A program made the position numbers and the translations under genes. A stretch of DNA of 63,978 bases, counting the filler, from Intoshia linei (lineage: Eukaryota > Animalia > Orthonectida), in NCBI GenBank assembly GCA_001642005.1. It is 6 parts of 6 records of this genome, joined end to end, with 100 filler letters (N's around TTAATTAATTAA, not from the genome) between each part and the next. Parts side by side here need not be neighbours in the genome. Positions count along the whole stretch, not along the records: positions 5,740 to 36,774 come from LWCA01000343.1; 5 more parts are not named here. One strand, given 5' to 3'. The notes under the pieces are model-generated. The model was not told where the DNA came from. It searched no databases and worked only from the letters and a program-made list of their open reading frames with translations. Of the stretch, positions 11,311-24,300 are shown piece after piece. Each line of letters starts with the position of its first letter. Within the stretch, counting starts at the first letter, position 1.

Positions 11311-14300
11311 TGTAACATTGGCTAAAAGTTTGAACCGTGAACAAAATCTCGTTTCATATGACAACATTTGGATATTTTCAAGTTATAAAGTATATTTTTG
11401 TTAATATATAACAGGGGTCTGCAACCTTTTGCATCTCGTGGGCCACTTTCTATATCCAAAAATTATATGGGCCGCGTTTTTGTAAATGAAATTTATTTTA
11501 AAAATACAATTTTATACTCTCAGGGAAAAATCGACTCAATTAAACCACAAAATAAAAATCCAATTTACCTCTCCTAAGGGAAATGTCCTTTTTTCCAACA
11601 TTTTTTTAAAATCCTATTTTCCAAATAGTATTTTAATATTTAATTTTAATTGAAAAAAAGGTGACCTACTTTTTTAATAACGGTTAAAAAAATATAAAAT
11701 AAAATTATAATATTTTAAATTGTAGGTGCATTCTCATTTAGTATTTGGATATAAAGATTACATTGATCTAGTCTTTATATATACATTTAATGAAAATGTA
11801 ACAAAATTTTCAGAAATTTTATGCCCTCAACTTTATATCAATTTGAAACCCATCGAAAAATGGGAATGTAGAAATGTACACAATTTATTGGAGTATATTT
11901 ATATTTTTTTAATATACAATATTTTTTGCTTTAGACGAAATTTTCTATTGAATCAAGAAATTGCAGTGAATTATAAAATTAAAAAATTTGAAAAAATTAA
12001 TTTTGAAATTATTCGAAATGTGTACAATAATTTAATACTATACGAAAAGATGAAGAATAATAATTCTGATAATAATATTGATTTATTAATGAAAGGTTAA
12101 CTTTTAAAGTTGTATTTGAGTGCAGATTTTCTCTATATTTGTCGTAGCCAAACGCTTTTCATTTTTCTAATGTGGAAATAATTTATATATCAAAATTTTT
12201 CATTAACTTAAATATTTTTAATTGACCCACAACTCTATAGAGGCTTAAAAATAGATAAATTAAAAAATCCAACAAATTGGAATAATTACTAATTTTTACT
12301 TAATTAATTTTGGTAAAATTAATTTAGATTCACTTATTACGAACGGGGAAATATATTACAATGATACCGTCATTGGAAAATTGAAACTACAGTTTGATGG
12401 AGCTAATATGCAATTAAATTCAACTATTTTAATGAAAAACTCATTGCTACTATTTGTATATGATAATATTGAAAACTATTCAAAGATATCCTATTTTATT
12501 CGTTTGATACCTGCATTGATTTACAACACATTGTTGAACAATAAAGTAAAAACATTATTGGGTTTCGTGTTTTTTGAGTCAGATGATTATGTTAAAAATT
12601 CTATTAATGGGACTATCGTAATTTACAGAAATAATGAAACAATTTTCAATATGACTCAATCACTATACATGAAAAATGATAGCTTTGATTTACATGTTTC
12701 TTTTCAAGGAAATTTGTCTGCGTTTTCTTTCAATTATGAAAGTGTTGATTTAAATTATGTCAAAACTTTCAATACTTCAATTATTGATGAGGAAAAACAG
12801 TGTAAGCTTATAATTTAAAATTATAAATGTTGGTGATGCTAAATAGCGTACATTACAAAATGTACAAGTAATGACTGAATGTAGTATCGATGCTATAATC
12901 TTTAGATAAGGTTGTTAGTTTGATAACGTCTCTAATCTTTTTAAATAAATGTTTCTTTTTTTTATTTATTAATTAGTGATGTATTTGGTTAACAAACATG
13001 TTGGTCAATTTATGACTTAACTAATTGTATATACTGAGTATGTATGTTGCATATGATCAAAATACATAAATTTAGTGAAGTTATAATTAATTTTATAACT
13101 TTTAAGATAGAAGGTACAAGTACAACCTTGTAGTTGAAAGTATTTTTTTAAATAAAATTTAAATTTATTAAAAATTACTTTAGACGTTAGCACTTTGAAA
13201 GCACACAAAATTTTCGACAAAGAAAAAAATGAAATGTTTGATGTTATAATTAATTATGTATCGAATTCTAATAACAATTTCACACATGTACGTCATGTGG
13301 GTAATAAAGTATTGACTCGTAACTTGTTTGAAACAAATAAACATACGACACATTGGAATGATGAAGTATTTTGTAATTGTTTTATTATTATAAACCAGGT
13401 TTTTAAATTAGCTGATTAGAGCTAGACCTGGTTAACCAGCGATACTAAAAAATTGATTTAAGCTTACTTATAGTAGGGACAGATTAAGCGGGCTCATTTT
13501 GGTAAAGTTGATCCGCTTTTAGCAACAGGTCTTTTTTATTTTGAAAAATCCCTACTTATATAAAGTAAAATAATTAAAAATGTATGTTTGTTTATTTGTT
13601 CCAGTTTATTTAAGAAAGTAAGGGGATTCAAGTTTTACAAATTCCATATTCTTATAACCGTTTGTCCAGAGTGTTGTTTAACGAAAATTTGAATTTCAGA
13701 AATTGAGTCCTTCAAGGTTAACAACCTTAATTGTCTTTTGTTTTTAAATTCAAATTCGTCCTAGAATTATAAAAATTACACATTATAATGCCAAGTTTAA
13801 ATTCATCAATATTATGATAATTTTCAATTTTAAAATCTTATATCTTCACCGCCAAAACCACAAATTACCCTTTTTTTAAATGAAAACAGTCCAAGAATTT
13901 CAAAAAAATTACGGATGATACGATTATATCCAGTTAACACACACAAATAATTTCAATCTGATGAAGTGACGTCTTCATGGTCAAAAAAGCACTTTAATAT
14001 TCATTTTTTTTTACTTCAAAACTATTTTATAAAAACAAAAAATTTAAAATAATTAACGGTCGTACAATTAAAAAAGATTATTCTGATAGAGCTGATTCAT
14101 TTGATATAAATACAAAATTTTAACCCAGAAATCTACGCATTCCCGGTGAAAAATAATATTTAATAGTTTATCAACCAATATTTTTCGAATTTGGATTAAA
14201 ATTAAAAATAAAAAAGTAAATAAACTTCCTACAATTTCAAAAAAAATGTGCAGGAACGTCTACACATTTCCAATAAAAAAGTATGAGTGAAAATCTATAT

Positions 14301-15222
14301 GAATGCTTCATTCGGATTTTTTTTCATTGCTACGCAATTTTTCATTTTCAAAACATTTTGTTTAAAATTTTATCAGGTTTGGTAAAATCGGATTTTTCCC
14401 TAAGGGTTTGAAATTGTATTTTTTATTAAATTTTATTAATGGTGGATAAAAGTGGCATTTTTGAAATAATAATGTAGCGATCGTCTAGGCTTTGTCATAA
14501 AATTCAAACACCTAACAACTCTGTTCAGGTGTGGTTACACTGTGGTATCGTCTTGGTGGTTCGGCTCTGTTCATTGTAACCATTTCATTAAATTTAAATT
14601 TTTTATTTACACATTATTATTAGAAGCGCTTACTTATGTTTTGAATTTTGAAAAAAGTGGTCCACTTTTCACAACTGGTTCATGGGTCACTTCGTCTTTC
14701 GCTAGTGTACTATAATTTGGAAAACATACTGAATTACATTTCAATCTTACCATTCCAAAAATATAAATATTCATGGTCCTCTGGTACGGCACTTATAATT
14801 GTATTAAAAAATTCATAGTCCATGTGAACCGCTTTGGTATCCTCTAGTAACGATCTGTTCCGGAACGTGTATTTTAAAATTCTAAGACTCTTTTAATTAA
14901 AAAAAAAGAAGAGGTAATTTGTGGTTTTGGTTATGTTGTGCAACTGCTAATTTTTGAATGTGAAGCTTAATTTTTTACTTTGCATTCACAGTGGAAGACT
15001 TATAAATGTAGCTGGCTTTTTTTATTATTATTTTTTTTATTGATTAGAATAAAATGATTTTTAGTATCACATCAAAATTTGAAGGATATCAAGTGTGAAA
15101 ATGAAAATTTTATTTCGTGTCCGAGATTATACAAAAAATATAAAATTTGTAAGTTTGAACTGAAAGGTTGCGTCAAGCAATGTCGAAATGGTGTAGCAAG
15201 CAATAGTCTAGGATTTTGTAAG
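11311..15222 (+). CDS. Multi-exon uncharacterised, probably extracellular protein with a Cys-rich (antistasin-like) C-terminal exon; ends uncertain
   Basis: Phase-compatible exons at about 11311-11389, 11726-11892, 11935-12095, 12329-12801 and 13184-13365. A further exon at about 15066-15222 (junction phase not confirmed) reads CENENFISCP..ICKFELKGCVKQCRNGVASNSLGFC. Many N-x-S/T sequons. Confidence 0.5.
13549..14360 (+). mobile_element. Non-autonomous Helitron family copy (5' end and body)
   Basis: A|TCCCTACTTATATAAA start and TTTGTTCCAGTTTA shared with 55321. Internal blocks are shared with 18800-18930, 29090-29350, 33700-33990 and 53400-54090. Confidence 0.6.
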
Positions 15223-15622
15223 GGTAATATATTGCTGTTACTAAATTTATATAAGATTTTTTTAAATCACGTTAATTAATTAGTTAATCAAAATTACTAA
15301 TCTTAGATAACTTCTTGCAACCATGTCAAAACTTTCCCCAGTTAATAGCTGTTCAATATGTTTTATTTTTGTAATGTCAATTTAATAAAATATACATTTT
15401 GAGATGAATGTATAAATAATTTGGGTTAGTAGCTAAACTTTACAATTGGCGGACAAAAATAAAAATTTAAAAAGATTTGAGTTTTTTGAAACGTGGTATT
15501 AGTGCCAAATTTTCCATTTTCATTTCAGTAAACGATACTAATTGGAATGAATAATTGACATAAATTTATTTTAATTTTAAACATTAATCAAATAATACAA
15601 TTTTACATAAAAATAAAAGAAA

Positions 15623-17719
15623 TCACATTGATAAATTTTCTGTACTGATAATGAGGTCTGCTAAATTTTTGGATTTAATGACCAAATTCTTTTCATTGGC
15701 CAAATGTAAGAGGCAAACTAATGCCACAGGCATAGAAACATTGTCTTTCATGGTTGAAGGTAGATTGGATTTTACATCTGACATGACATTGGAAAATAAA
15801 ATATCTTTTTTTACAGTTTCAGTTTCTTGTAATGTTTGGTTAGACTGGTTAGTTATGTCTAGTAGAGCCACATCAAAATCAAGGTTGCGCCACATGAGTT
15901 TTTTAACAAGTTTGACATTAACAATTTTGGCTTGTCTAGAATAAGCAACTTGCAATTTTTCCAATTTAAGAGGTTCCTTAATTTGATTATCATTTCCTTC
16001 TTCAAAATTTATATCCAGAGTTTCAGGGTCAGATTCAACTAAAGTGATGTCAGCATCAAAACCACCGCATTCTACAGAATCGTCGTCATCAATAGCTAGT
16101 GAGTTGCTTGGAACATCCTGGGAATCTGTGTCTGACTTTTTTTTACATTCTTTGAGAGCACCAAGAAACGATTCATTTTTGATAAGATTGACAGTTAAAA
16201 ACGACACTACATTGGGGTACCATGGTTTAAGAAATTCATGTCCCAATAGCAATTTTGTAGATTTTGGATTGTTTGAAATTTTTGAATTTGAACTATCTAA
16301 ACTTTGAGCAACATTATTTTTAATATTAAAACACTTTTGTTTCTTGGTAAGTCTATTTTTACGCTTGGAAATAAAAAGAGATTTGGTAGCTTTGGATTGT
16401 AAAATACTGGGTAATGTTTTGTTGGAATTTCGTAAAGTATATTTAGCTGGTCCATTAATCAAGACTGTAAATTTTTCAATTTTAGATTTATCGGTGATTG
16501 TGGTAGCGATTAGATTCATAATACCTTCATTGTTTTGAAAATCGTTGTAAAATGACTGCAAACCAGTATTATCAAACATGTTTGTATGGTTAAGAATTGG
16601 AGATTCACATTCATTGTTACATATTTCAGTTACGGATGCATCATCAACTGAATCTTCATGAAATGATTCAATCTGATGTTGTTCTGCGTCAATGGTTTGT
16701 AGTGGTTGAGAAAATGTAAAATTATGAAAATAAATACAAATTGGTACATTTACTGCATTTGCCGAAAATTGAGAGATATTTGAGAGAATCGTGGAATTGT
16801 CTATAATCAAATGAAAATCATGTTGAGACGGTTTCATTGAATTGGTACAATCAACAATTTTACGATCACAACTTTTAATCATGGTGGAAAGGGTACTATC
16901 AGAATACATACACTGAATCATTGATTTTAAAGATAGTTTTTCAACGTCGTACATTGACGAAATTTTTTGATGGAATGGGTTGATTTCTATAGTCTCTCCT
17001 CGTGAATTTGTTATGCTTTTTAAATTTAATTCAATGGGAGCATTTTTTCTGTGGCTATTTTTTTTTTTTTTGGTTTGAGTGTTTAAGATGTCACCCACAG
17101 ATTCGTCGTTATTGGTGTCAATTTTATCTGAAGGTTTACCGAGACCGCCCAAAACTTTATAGGAATCGTTATATACTGCATCAACTCTACCAGCATATAT
17201 TTTGGCGCTTGCGTCAATGGTTGTTCCAGCTTTTTTAAAGTCAGTTACAGTGTTTTGTTTGTTTACTAAATTTGACAAAGAATTTATAAGATGAAGTCCA
17301 AATGCATTTCGAGAATTAATTTTATTTTCGGCGCTCAGTTTTATACAACTTGCGTAATGTTCAGTGACTTGGATTTGGCTCAGTTTTCCTAATGGGTTTT
17401 CAAAGACTGCATCATTTGTAGGTTCAGTTAATTCCCTATTTTCCAATTTAAATGACTCGGTAATCATGGATTTACGTCTTAATGTCTTTATTTCAATGTT
17501 ATCATCGTTGATTACCAAATTTGTATCAGTACCGTTACAATTTTGGATTGAGTCTCTTTCCACTGTTTGGTTTAGATGGGATATTTGTGAAAAGTTTAAA
17601 TTTTCTCTTTTTATGTCGGTAAATTCTGGTTTTATGTCGTTCATTAGGGTTGAATTTAGTTTTCTTGATTTAGAAGTTGATTGTGATTCGAAATTTGTTA
17701 TTTCAGAGTTTCTTTTCAT
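15623..17719 (-). CDS. NCAPH: Condensin I kleisin subunit (CAP-H/Barren), single exon, 698 aa
   Basis: CIKLSAENKINSRNAFGLHLI, FKKAGTTIDASAKIYAGRVDAVY..YKVLGGL, YSRQAKIVNVKLVKKLMW and C-terminal ALVCLLHLANEKNL. Confidence 0.95.
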   Translation of the reverse strand: MKRNSEITNFESQSTSKSRKLNSTLMNDIKPEFTDIKRENLNFSQISHLNQTVERDSIQNCNGTDTNLVINDDNIEIKTLRRKSMITESFKLENRELTEPTNDAVFENPLGKLSQIQVTEHYASCIKLSAENKINSRNAFGLHLINSLSNLVNKQNTVTDFKKAGTTIDASAKIYAGRVDAVYNDSYKVLGGLGKPSDKIDTNNDESVGDILNTQTKKKKNSHRKNAPIELNLKSITNSRGETIEINPFHQKISSMYDVEKLSLKSMIQCMYSDSTLSTMIKSCDRKIVDCTNSMKPSQHDFHLIIDNSTILSNISQFSANAVNVPICIYFHNFTFSQPLQTIDAEQHQIESFHEDSVDDASVTEICNNECESPILNHTNMFDNTGLQSFYNDFQNNEGIMNLIATTITDKSKIEKFTVLINGPAKYTLRNSNKTLPSILQSKATKSLFISKRKNRLTKKQKCFNIKNNVAQSLDSSNSKISNNPKSTKLLLGHEFLKPWYPNVVSFLTVNLIKNESFLGALKECKKKSDTDSQDVPSNSLAIDDDDSVECGGFDADITLVESDPETLDINFEEGNDNQIKEPLKLEKLQVAYSRQAKIVNVKLVKKLMWRNLDFDVALLDITNQSNQTLQETETVKKDILFSNVMSDVKSNLPSTMKDNVSMPVALVCLLHLANEKNLVIKSKNLADLIISTENLSM

Positions 17720-18799
17720 TTCGCGCCAATATAATTGATTATGTAGCTATGACTTTTATCAAACAATTTATGATAATTATTCCTTTTTTGACAGTTTTAT
17801 ACTTAATTATAGATAATTATGTATTGTTTTGAAAATTTTCACTAGATGTCTAATTGATTTATATTATTGTATATTACAATTTGTACCTGATAATCGTAGT
17901 ATGTTTAGTTTAATGCTTGAGAATTTCAATGCTGCCATATCATTGCACAATTATTTACTTGACTAACACGATTTTTTGTTATCATCTCAATAATTCCTTT
18001 CATATATCCGCTTCGTATCTTGGAAATTGGTTACTATGTTGTTTCTTCAGTTATTATATTTTCAAACTACAATTATAAATTTTATTTTACGTGTTAGTCA
18101 CGTTTCATATTTATTTTATTGATTTTAGCCTAATTTTTCAAGTGCATTTTCAATTTTCCTGGAATTTTGTCCCGGCACAATTAGTAGTACTATTGTAAAA
18201 AAATAAGTTTGTTAAGTTTATAATATGAATTTAAGTAAAACGAAAAAATATGAATTAAATTTGTTTATAGTTTTTGACCATAGATTTTCAACTTTAATAG
18301 TTAATTTACTAACATTAACTAATCATTAATTTAATGTGTAAAATTATCTTTGACAAGTCAAGTTCAATGGTAATTATTATCCCATTTGATTCAACAAAAT
18401 ATGAAAATATTTCGGAAATTTCTTGTAAACTTTCAAATAATATATTAATTTCAATATTCGAGATTGTTAAAAGTTTTATAAATTCAGATAAATTGAAAAT
18501 TTGTATTATTTAAATTTATTAATACAACGGATTATAAAAATTTTCAATAAAGTAACTGAGAAATGATAAAATGAAAACTTTAAACGTCGAGACACGGGGA
18601 TTTTTTTGTATAAAAATAAAAAATACAAGTATTAATATTATTCTCCAGTAAATTAAGCAGGGCTCACTTTCTAGATATGTCATTTTTATATTAGAAAAAT
18701 GGAATAGCCCTAGTATAGACTAATTACTTCAATGACAACGCGAATAATAAAAAGGTCCGTAAAAGCCCTCATATATTTTTTTTCCGAAATATTTTATTA

Positions 18800-20039
18800 A
18801 AAAAAAATATAAAATAATTAACGGTCCGAAAATTTAAAAAAAGATTTTCTGATAGAGCTTATTCCAGTTGATATAAATACAAAATTTCAACCCCAGAAAT
18901 CTACGCATTCCCGGTGAAAAATAATTTTTAATATATTATCAACCAATATTTTTCAAATATTTCAATTAAAATCAAAAATGTTTAATTAAAAAAAATGTGG
19001 ATTGTACGTCTACACATTTCCAGTCAAGACATATGGGTGAAAAAATCTATATAATTCATTCCTTCGCAATTTTTAAATTTCAAATTTTCATTTTCCAAAC
19101 ATTTTGAACATCTACGGCAGCGAATTTATAAAAGTTTTAATGCTAATTTAATTTGAAAATGCTAAAAAGAAAAGTAACATTCACAAGAAAAAAGGCCAAA
19201 AGTATGGACACATTTTTAAAATCAATCATTTATATATTACAATCTTTTGCAATAATGGTAAAATTAATTATTGATACACAATTAGTATTTTTAAGTATTT
19301 ATTAAATTGGTTCTGAATATATATCATCACATTGAAAATGACAAAATAGATTTTTATAATTTTATTTTTTCTGGAATTTATGCTATTTTGACAAAATTTT
19401 TAATGAGTGTTTTTACTTTATTGTTAAGATTATACAACTCATTCTGTCTAATAAATTATTTCTTTAATTTTATTTTTTCTGGAATTTATGCTATTTATGA
19501 CAATTTTTAGGATTGGACGTTTTTACTTTACTTTTAATATTATACACACATTTTGTCTAATAAAATTGGACTGTTTTTACTTTATTTTTAATATTATACA
19601 CACATTCTGTCTAATAAAATTAAAAAGTTTTAACTTTATTTTTAATATTATACACACATTCTGTCTAATAAATTAAAAAAATGGGATAATAGTTTTTAAA
19701 ATTTTTTACGCAAATGTTAACAAAAAAAAATTAAGATGGAATAATTCACTTTAAAGTAAAAATTAATGTGATATGAGATTCCGCTTGAAACAAATTTGGG
19801 AACAACTCCTTTAAAGGATTGATAATAGTTAATAGTAGGATTTTTAAGTTAGATTTTCTGTAAATTTATTTTTTGGTAGTATAAAAATGTTCCCTCGGTA
19901 GAACTAGGCTACGGGGATTGATAATAGTGAATAGTAGAATTTTTAAGTTAGATTTTCAACGTGAATTTTTTGATATAATAAAAATTGCCTTCAGCAGAGC
20001 TAGGTGCTGTTTGTACGTAGTACAAAACAGCCAAGCTAG
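18800..20039 (+). mobile_element. Helitron copy with internal tandem repeats and an intact 3' end
   Basis: 3' hairpin CTGTTTGTAC-GTA-GTACAAAACAG, then CCAAG-CTAG|T at 20036-20040. Units of about 53 bp at 19520-19675; duplicated block at 19816-19960. 5' boundary approximate. Confidence 0.7.
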
Positions 20040-20072
20040 TATCTTGTGTAATGTAAATAATTTGATTTATAG

Positions 20073-21234
20073 ATGTCATTGAAATGATGAATACACCGGA
20101 TATTATACATGAAGATACCCTTAAATATGATGTCGCAATAATATCTTGCGGAAACACCATTTCAGCTATAAAATTAAACGATTCAAATGTAAAAAATATG
20201 CAATACAAATTATTGTATACTTTACAAGGTTTATAAACAATTTCAATTAATTAACTTTTAGGTGGGTTAATTCAGTCTTTGGCTGTAAAATGTGAAAAAA
20301 ACAAAACAATGTTGTACTTTTCAGATTCCATGCGAAAGAAAACACACTCTGTGAGGTTGTATCCATTTCCAAATGAATTATCGAATGATGAACACAGTCA
20401 AATAATATTGGGTTATTAATTTTTAAATAAAACAAAAATTCATCAACCAATTTAGACGAAACCATTAAAGATTTGCATCTAGTGAAAGACAATTTATACG
20501 GAATTGATAATAAAAATACAATTTTTGTTTACGATACTAAAAATGGCATAAAATACGACATTATTCAACAAAGTAACAGTGCTAAACCTAGATCAATAGT
20601 CGTAGATGACAAGCTGGGGTAATACATAATTATTGGTCATATATTGTTACCGTCAAGCCGATGGGGTCGACGACAAGTATTTTGAAATTTTAGTATTGCT
20701 AATATAAAAAAATGCGTTAGTTAGCCAGGGTGGCTGAAAAAAGGTTACCTGATACATCTAATGAATATATAATTTAGATACATATTTATATCAGACGTAA
20801 ATATCAAATCTCCTAAAATACAAAGATATTCAATACACAATAAGGAGATGGTATCGATTATTAGCTACGGAATATTACAACCAATTGATTTATTTATTGA
20901 TACAAAACTAAAAAGAATATACTGGATCGACTGGGACACTCGTCGTCTTGAATCATCAGATTATTATGGAAATTATATTCGAACTCATGTTCTCAACATT
21001 GTTAAACCGTATTCATTCATTCGATACAATGAATACTTTATGTGGACTTCATGGATTTTGTAAATTAATATTAATGTATATTTTTCAAAATTTAGAAACA
21101 AATCCTTGGCGTTTGAAATGGACAATGGAATTGAAAATGCAAATATAACAACCCAGTTTTCAAGATTATCATTAGGTTTGAACGGAAGATGTTATACGAT
21201 CAAATTATTACCGAAATCTTGTAAAATACCTTAA
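20073..21234 (+). CDS. YWTD/LDLR class B beta-propeller protein (3' exons; putative 5' exons from ATG 18036)
   Basis: Exons 20073-20228, 20262-20411, 20456-20618, 20778-21059 and 21096-21234 join in frame. Repeats LYFSD, LYGID, PRSIVVD..GYIFISD, PIDLFID....RIYWID and FMWTS; stop at 21232-21234. Confidence 0.75.
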
Positions 21235-21316
21235 TTTGTTAATAAATATATGATTCTTGAATAATTGGTTAAAAATAATTTATGAAAGTTTTAATGGTTC
21301 AAATGTAACATTGTGA

Positions 21317-24300
21317 TTAATTTAAATAAAAACCTTTTTCATCCATTGCGGCCAAAAGTTTAGTTTTTAAAATTTCTTGAGATGAATAATCTGGTATTTT
21401 AAGAAAGTGAATGCATGTACTTACAGAGGGTAATCTATTATCACTGGCGTTTTTATTTTTAACTACAATCATGCGAGGGTTAAAGCTCTTGAAACCACCT
21501 GGCGGCAGCGATGAACAACCGGTAGAAAATCGTAAAAATTTCTTTCGTTGTTCCTCGTCCAACTCCATTAATACGTTAATTAGATTTTTAAACATTGGAC
21601 TTTCTCTGGTGTATCCGTTTTTAGGTTCAATATAGTCGTAAAGTTCCTGTCTGGTCCACGATGGTACAATTTGCCCAGATATTAATTGGTTTAATTCATT
21701 AACTGAAAAATTTTTGAGTTTATGCATAGGAAACACTTGTTCCATTCCCGCCTTCAAAGCATTCATTTGTCTAGTTATACCAAAATTGAAGTAAAAATTC
21801 AAAAAGTTGTCTAAATACGATTTTAAATTTTCAAAATTAACAGTGACTTCACATCCGGCTGCCACTAAATTATAATTGATAAAATCAGCTTCTTCGCATT
21901 GAGGATTTACGCAGAATACTAAATCCAAATCTTTTAAATATTCAATGTGGTCGTTTAGTATTTTTTCATTTTCTGACCCACATTCACACAACGTACTGCT
22001 GAGTTTATTATATTCTTCGAGTCTAGAATAAAGGTTTTCCACAAATTCGACCCTTACCGGGTCGATAGATTTAAGAGAAGTTAATGTCAAAAATTTGTTG
22101 AACCAATTTGGAGAAAAAAACAAATTTTTATAATTGTTCAATTCAAAAGATTGGTTAATTGCACCACAAATACATTGCAAAAATGGATTGCTTAATTTTA
22201 CGGGCAGTAGTCGACCGTCTAATATAGTTTTTCCAACCAAAATTCCAAAATAATAAAAATTATCCACAACCTTATCGCAAAGTGGGCCATCCTGTTTCAA
22301 GGCCATAGGGAATAGTCCAAATTCAGTATGGACATAAGAAGACGTATTATTAGGATCATACAGCCACATCACCAAACTTTTTTTTTGAAATTCTACCGCC
22401 AACAAATTATAAAAATCCAGAGTCGGTCCAGTTCCCGTACCATCTTCATTCTCAAATAAAATTTCCAAAGTAGATTTCAGACGACAGTGGTAATTCATAA
22501 TACGTCTACCATATTCAAACAGGGTAGCTTCATTTCTAGGTACAACAACTCTGTCAATTTTGATTCTTCCCAATCGAAATTCTTGATAAACTTCGTCATT
22601 TCTAACTAATCCGCTATTTTGCATAAACCGTCGTGCTCTCAAATTAATCTCATCTCGTTGATTCTGTAACCAAACGACAGACCTGGAAGGATCATACCCT
22701 TGTGCACTTAAGTACGTGTTTCTCATTTCAAAGTTAAACAACCACGGATATTCATAAATCAGACGGTCACACCAGGAAGGAAGTGCGCTACAACATAAAC
22801 TAAGCGGTTCATGGATTTGTTTAACCAACTTTTGAGTCAACTTACGACTAATAAAAGATTCTTCAGAAATTGTTAAATTTGATTCATTTGTAATCAAGAC
22901 ATGATGGGTAAACGTCAATAAAGACAAAATATCCATAATATCATCGCTAAACCCATTTTTTATTGGAAAAGATTTATCACTATTTTTAGATTCATACCGC
23001 ACGTAATTGTCATAAATACCAATCAAATCTTTAGAAGAAATGGATCTGCGTAAAACACGTGGTGATCCATTGAGCTTATACTCTGTTAATAAATTTTGAG
23101 AGGCATTTTTCTGAAGAAATTTTATAATGTCCGCTTTCGTTGGACCATTTGAATTTAGTTCACTATTCGTTAATGAATTGCGCACTAATTCCACATTCCA
23201 CTCCGGAAGTAACACGGAATCACTCATTTCAACGTCTTCTTCATTCATTAAAGTTTTATCAACGCTTTTATAAAGTAATCGGTATTGACCCGACCAAATG
23301 GATTTTATCAAATCAGTATTAGTTTTTTTACAATTTTTACGTGCTCTGCCATTGAAAAGCAATTGCAATTGAGAAAAAATTGTCTTGTCGTTGTTTTCCA
23401 AAAGAACCATTTCAGCAGAATTACCAAACTTGCTCGTAGTTTCCAAATATAAAATAATATCCTCCAATTCGTTATCATCGCACTGAGATTTTGTTTCTTT
23501 TTTGTCAGCTTCAGGTACCCCGCAATTATTTTCTTGTTTCGAACACGTTACAAGTGTATTGGTAGGAATAACTAAAGTATGTGATTGATTAACAATAGTA
23601 CGACCAGGTCTCGGGTCAAAAGAAGGAACCAGCGATTTGAATTCTCTTCTCAAAATTGAATCTTCAACCCATAAATTTCCTAGACTAGACTCTTCATTAA
23701 ATTCCTGGTAAACTGAAGAAAAAACATTATCCTCATCTGTTGAATTTTCATTAAATACATTATCTGCAGTTTCATCAGCATCATCTTCAACCTCCCCACC
23801 GCTACAAGAATCGTAATTATCGTTAGTTGAATCGTCAAATTGAACAAACACAGATCGTCTGCTATTATTTCTTCCTTGGGTTGATTTTAAAGGTGCCGCT
23901 AAGTCTCTTGTTCTGAAATCAATTGTAGTTATATCCGGTGTAAGATAACGCGATTGCGCCAATGCAAATCGTACAAGGTGTCGCGATTGGCTTGAATCAA
24001 AATTAGGATTTCTAACAATATTGGCAAAAGTATTTAAAAGGCTTCGCGTATTTTCAACACGAGACCCTCTAGTAATTGTGGAAATAATTTCTGGAAAAAG
24101 AGAACTTTCTTGAGCCGAATTGCCATCAGAATCATAAGTACGATCGTCAAAATGTATATTATCATCTATGAAACTTTCACCCATGCTACTCGTTCTTCCC
24201 GTTCGCATGTTTGAAACACTTGAAAATACACCAGCATTTCCTGTGCTAATAGACGATTCAAGTCGACTTTCCATAGATGGTACCATTCGCGTAAAGTAAA

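Noticed and set aside
15651-17738. Plus-strand ORFs overlapping NCAPH
   Set aside because: Antisense shadows of a long coding sequence; no motifs or splice logic.
19307-20208. ORFs 19307-19510, 19488-19676 and 19948-20208
   Set aside because: They derive from Helitron tandem repeats or are antisense to a real exon.
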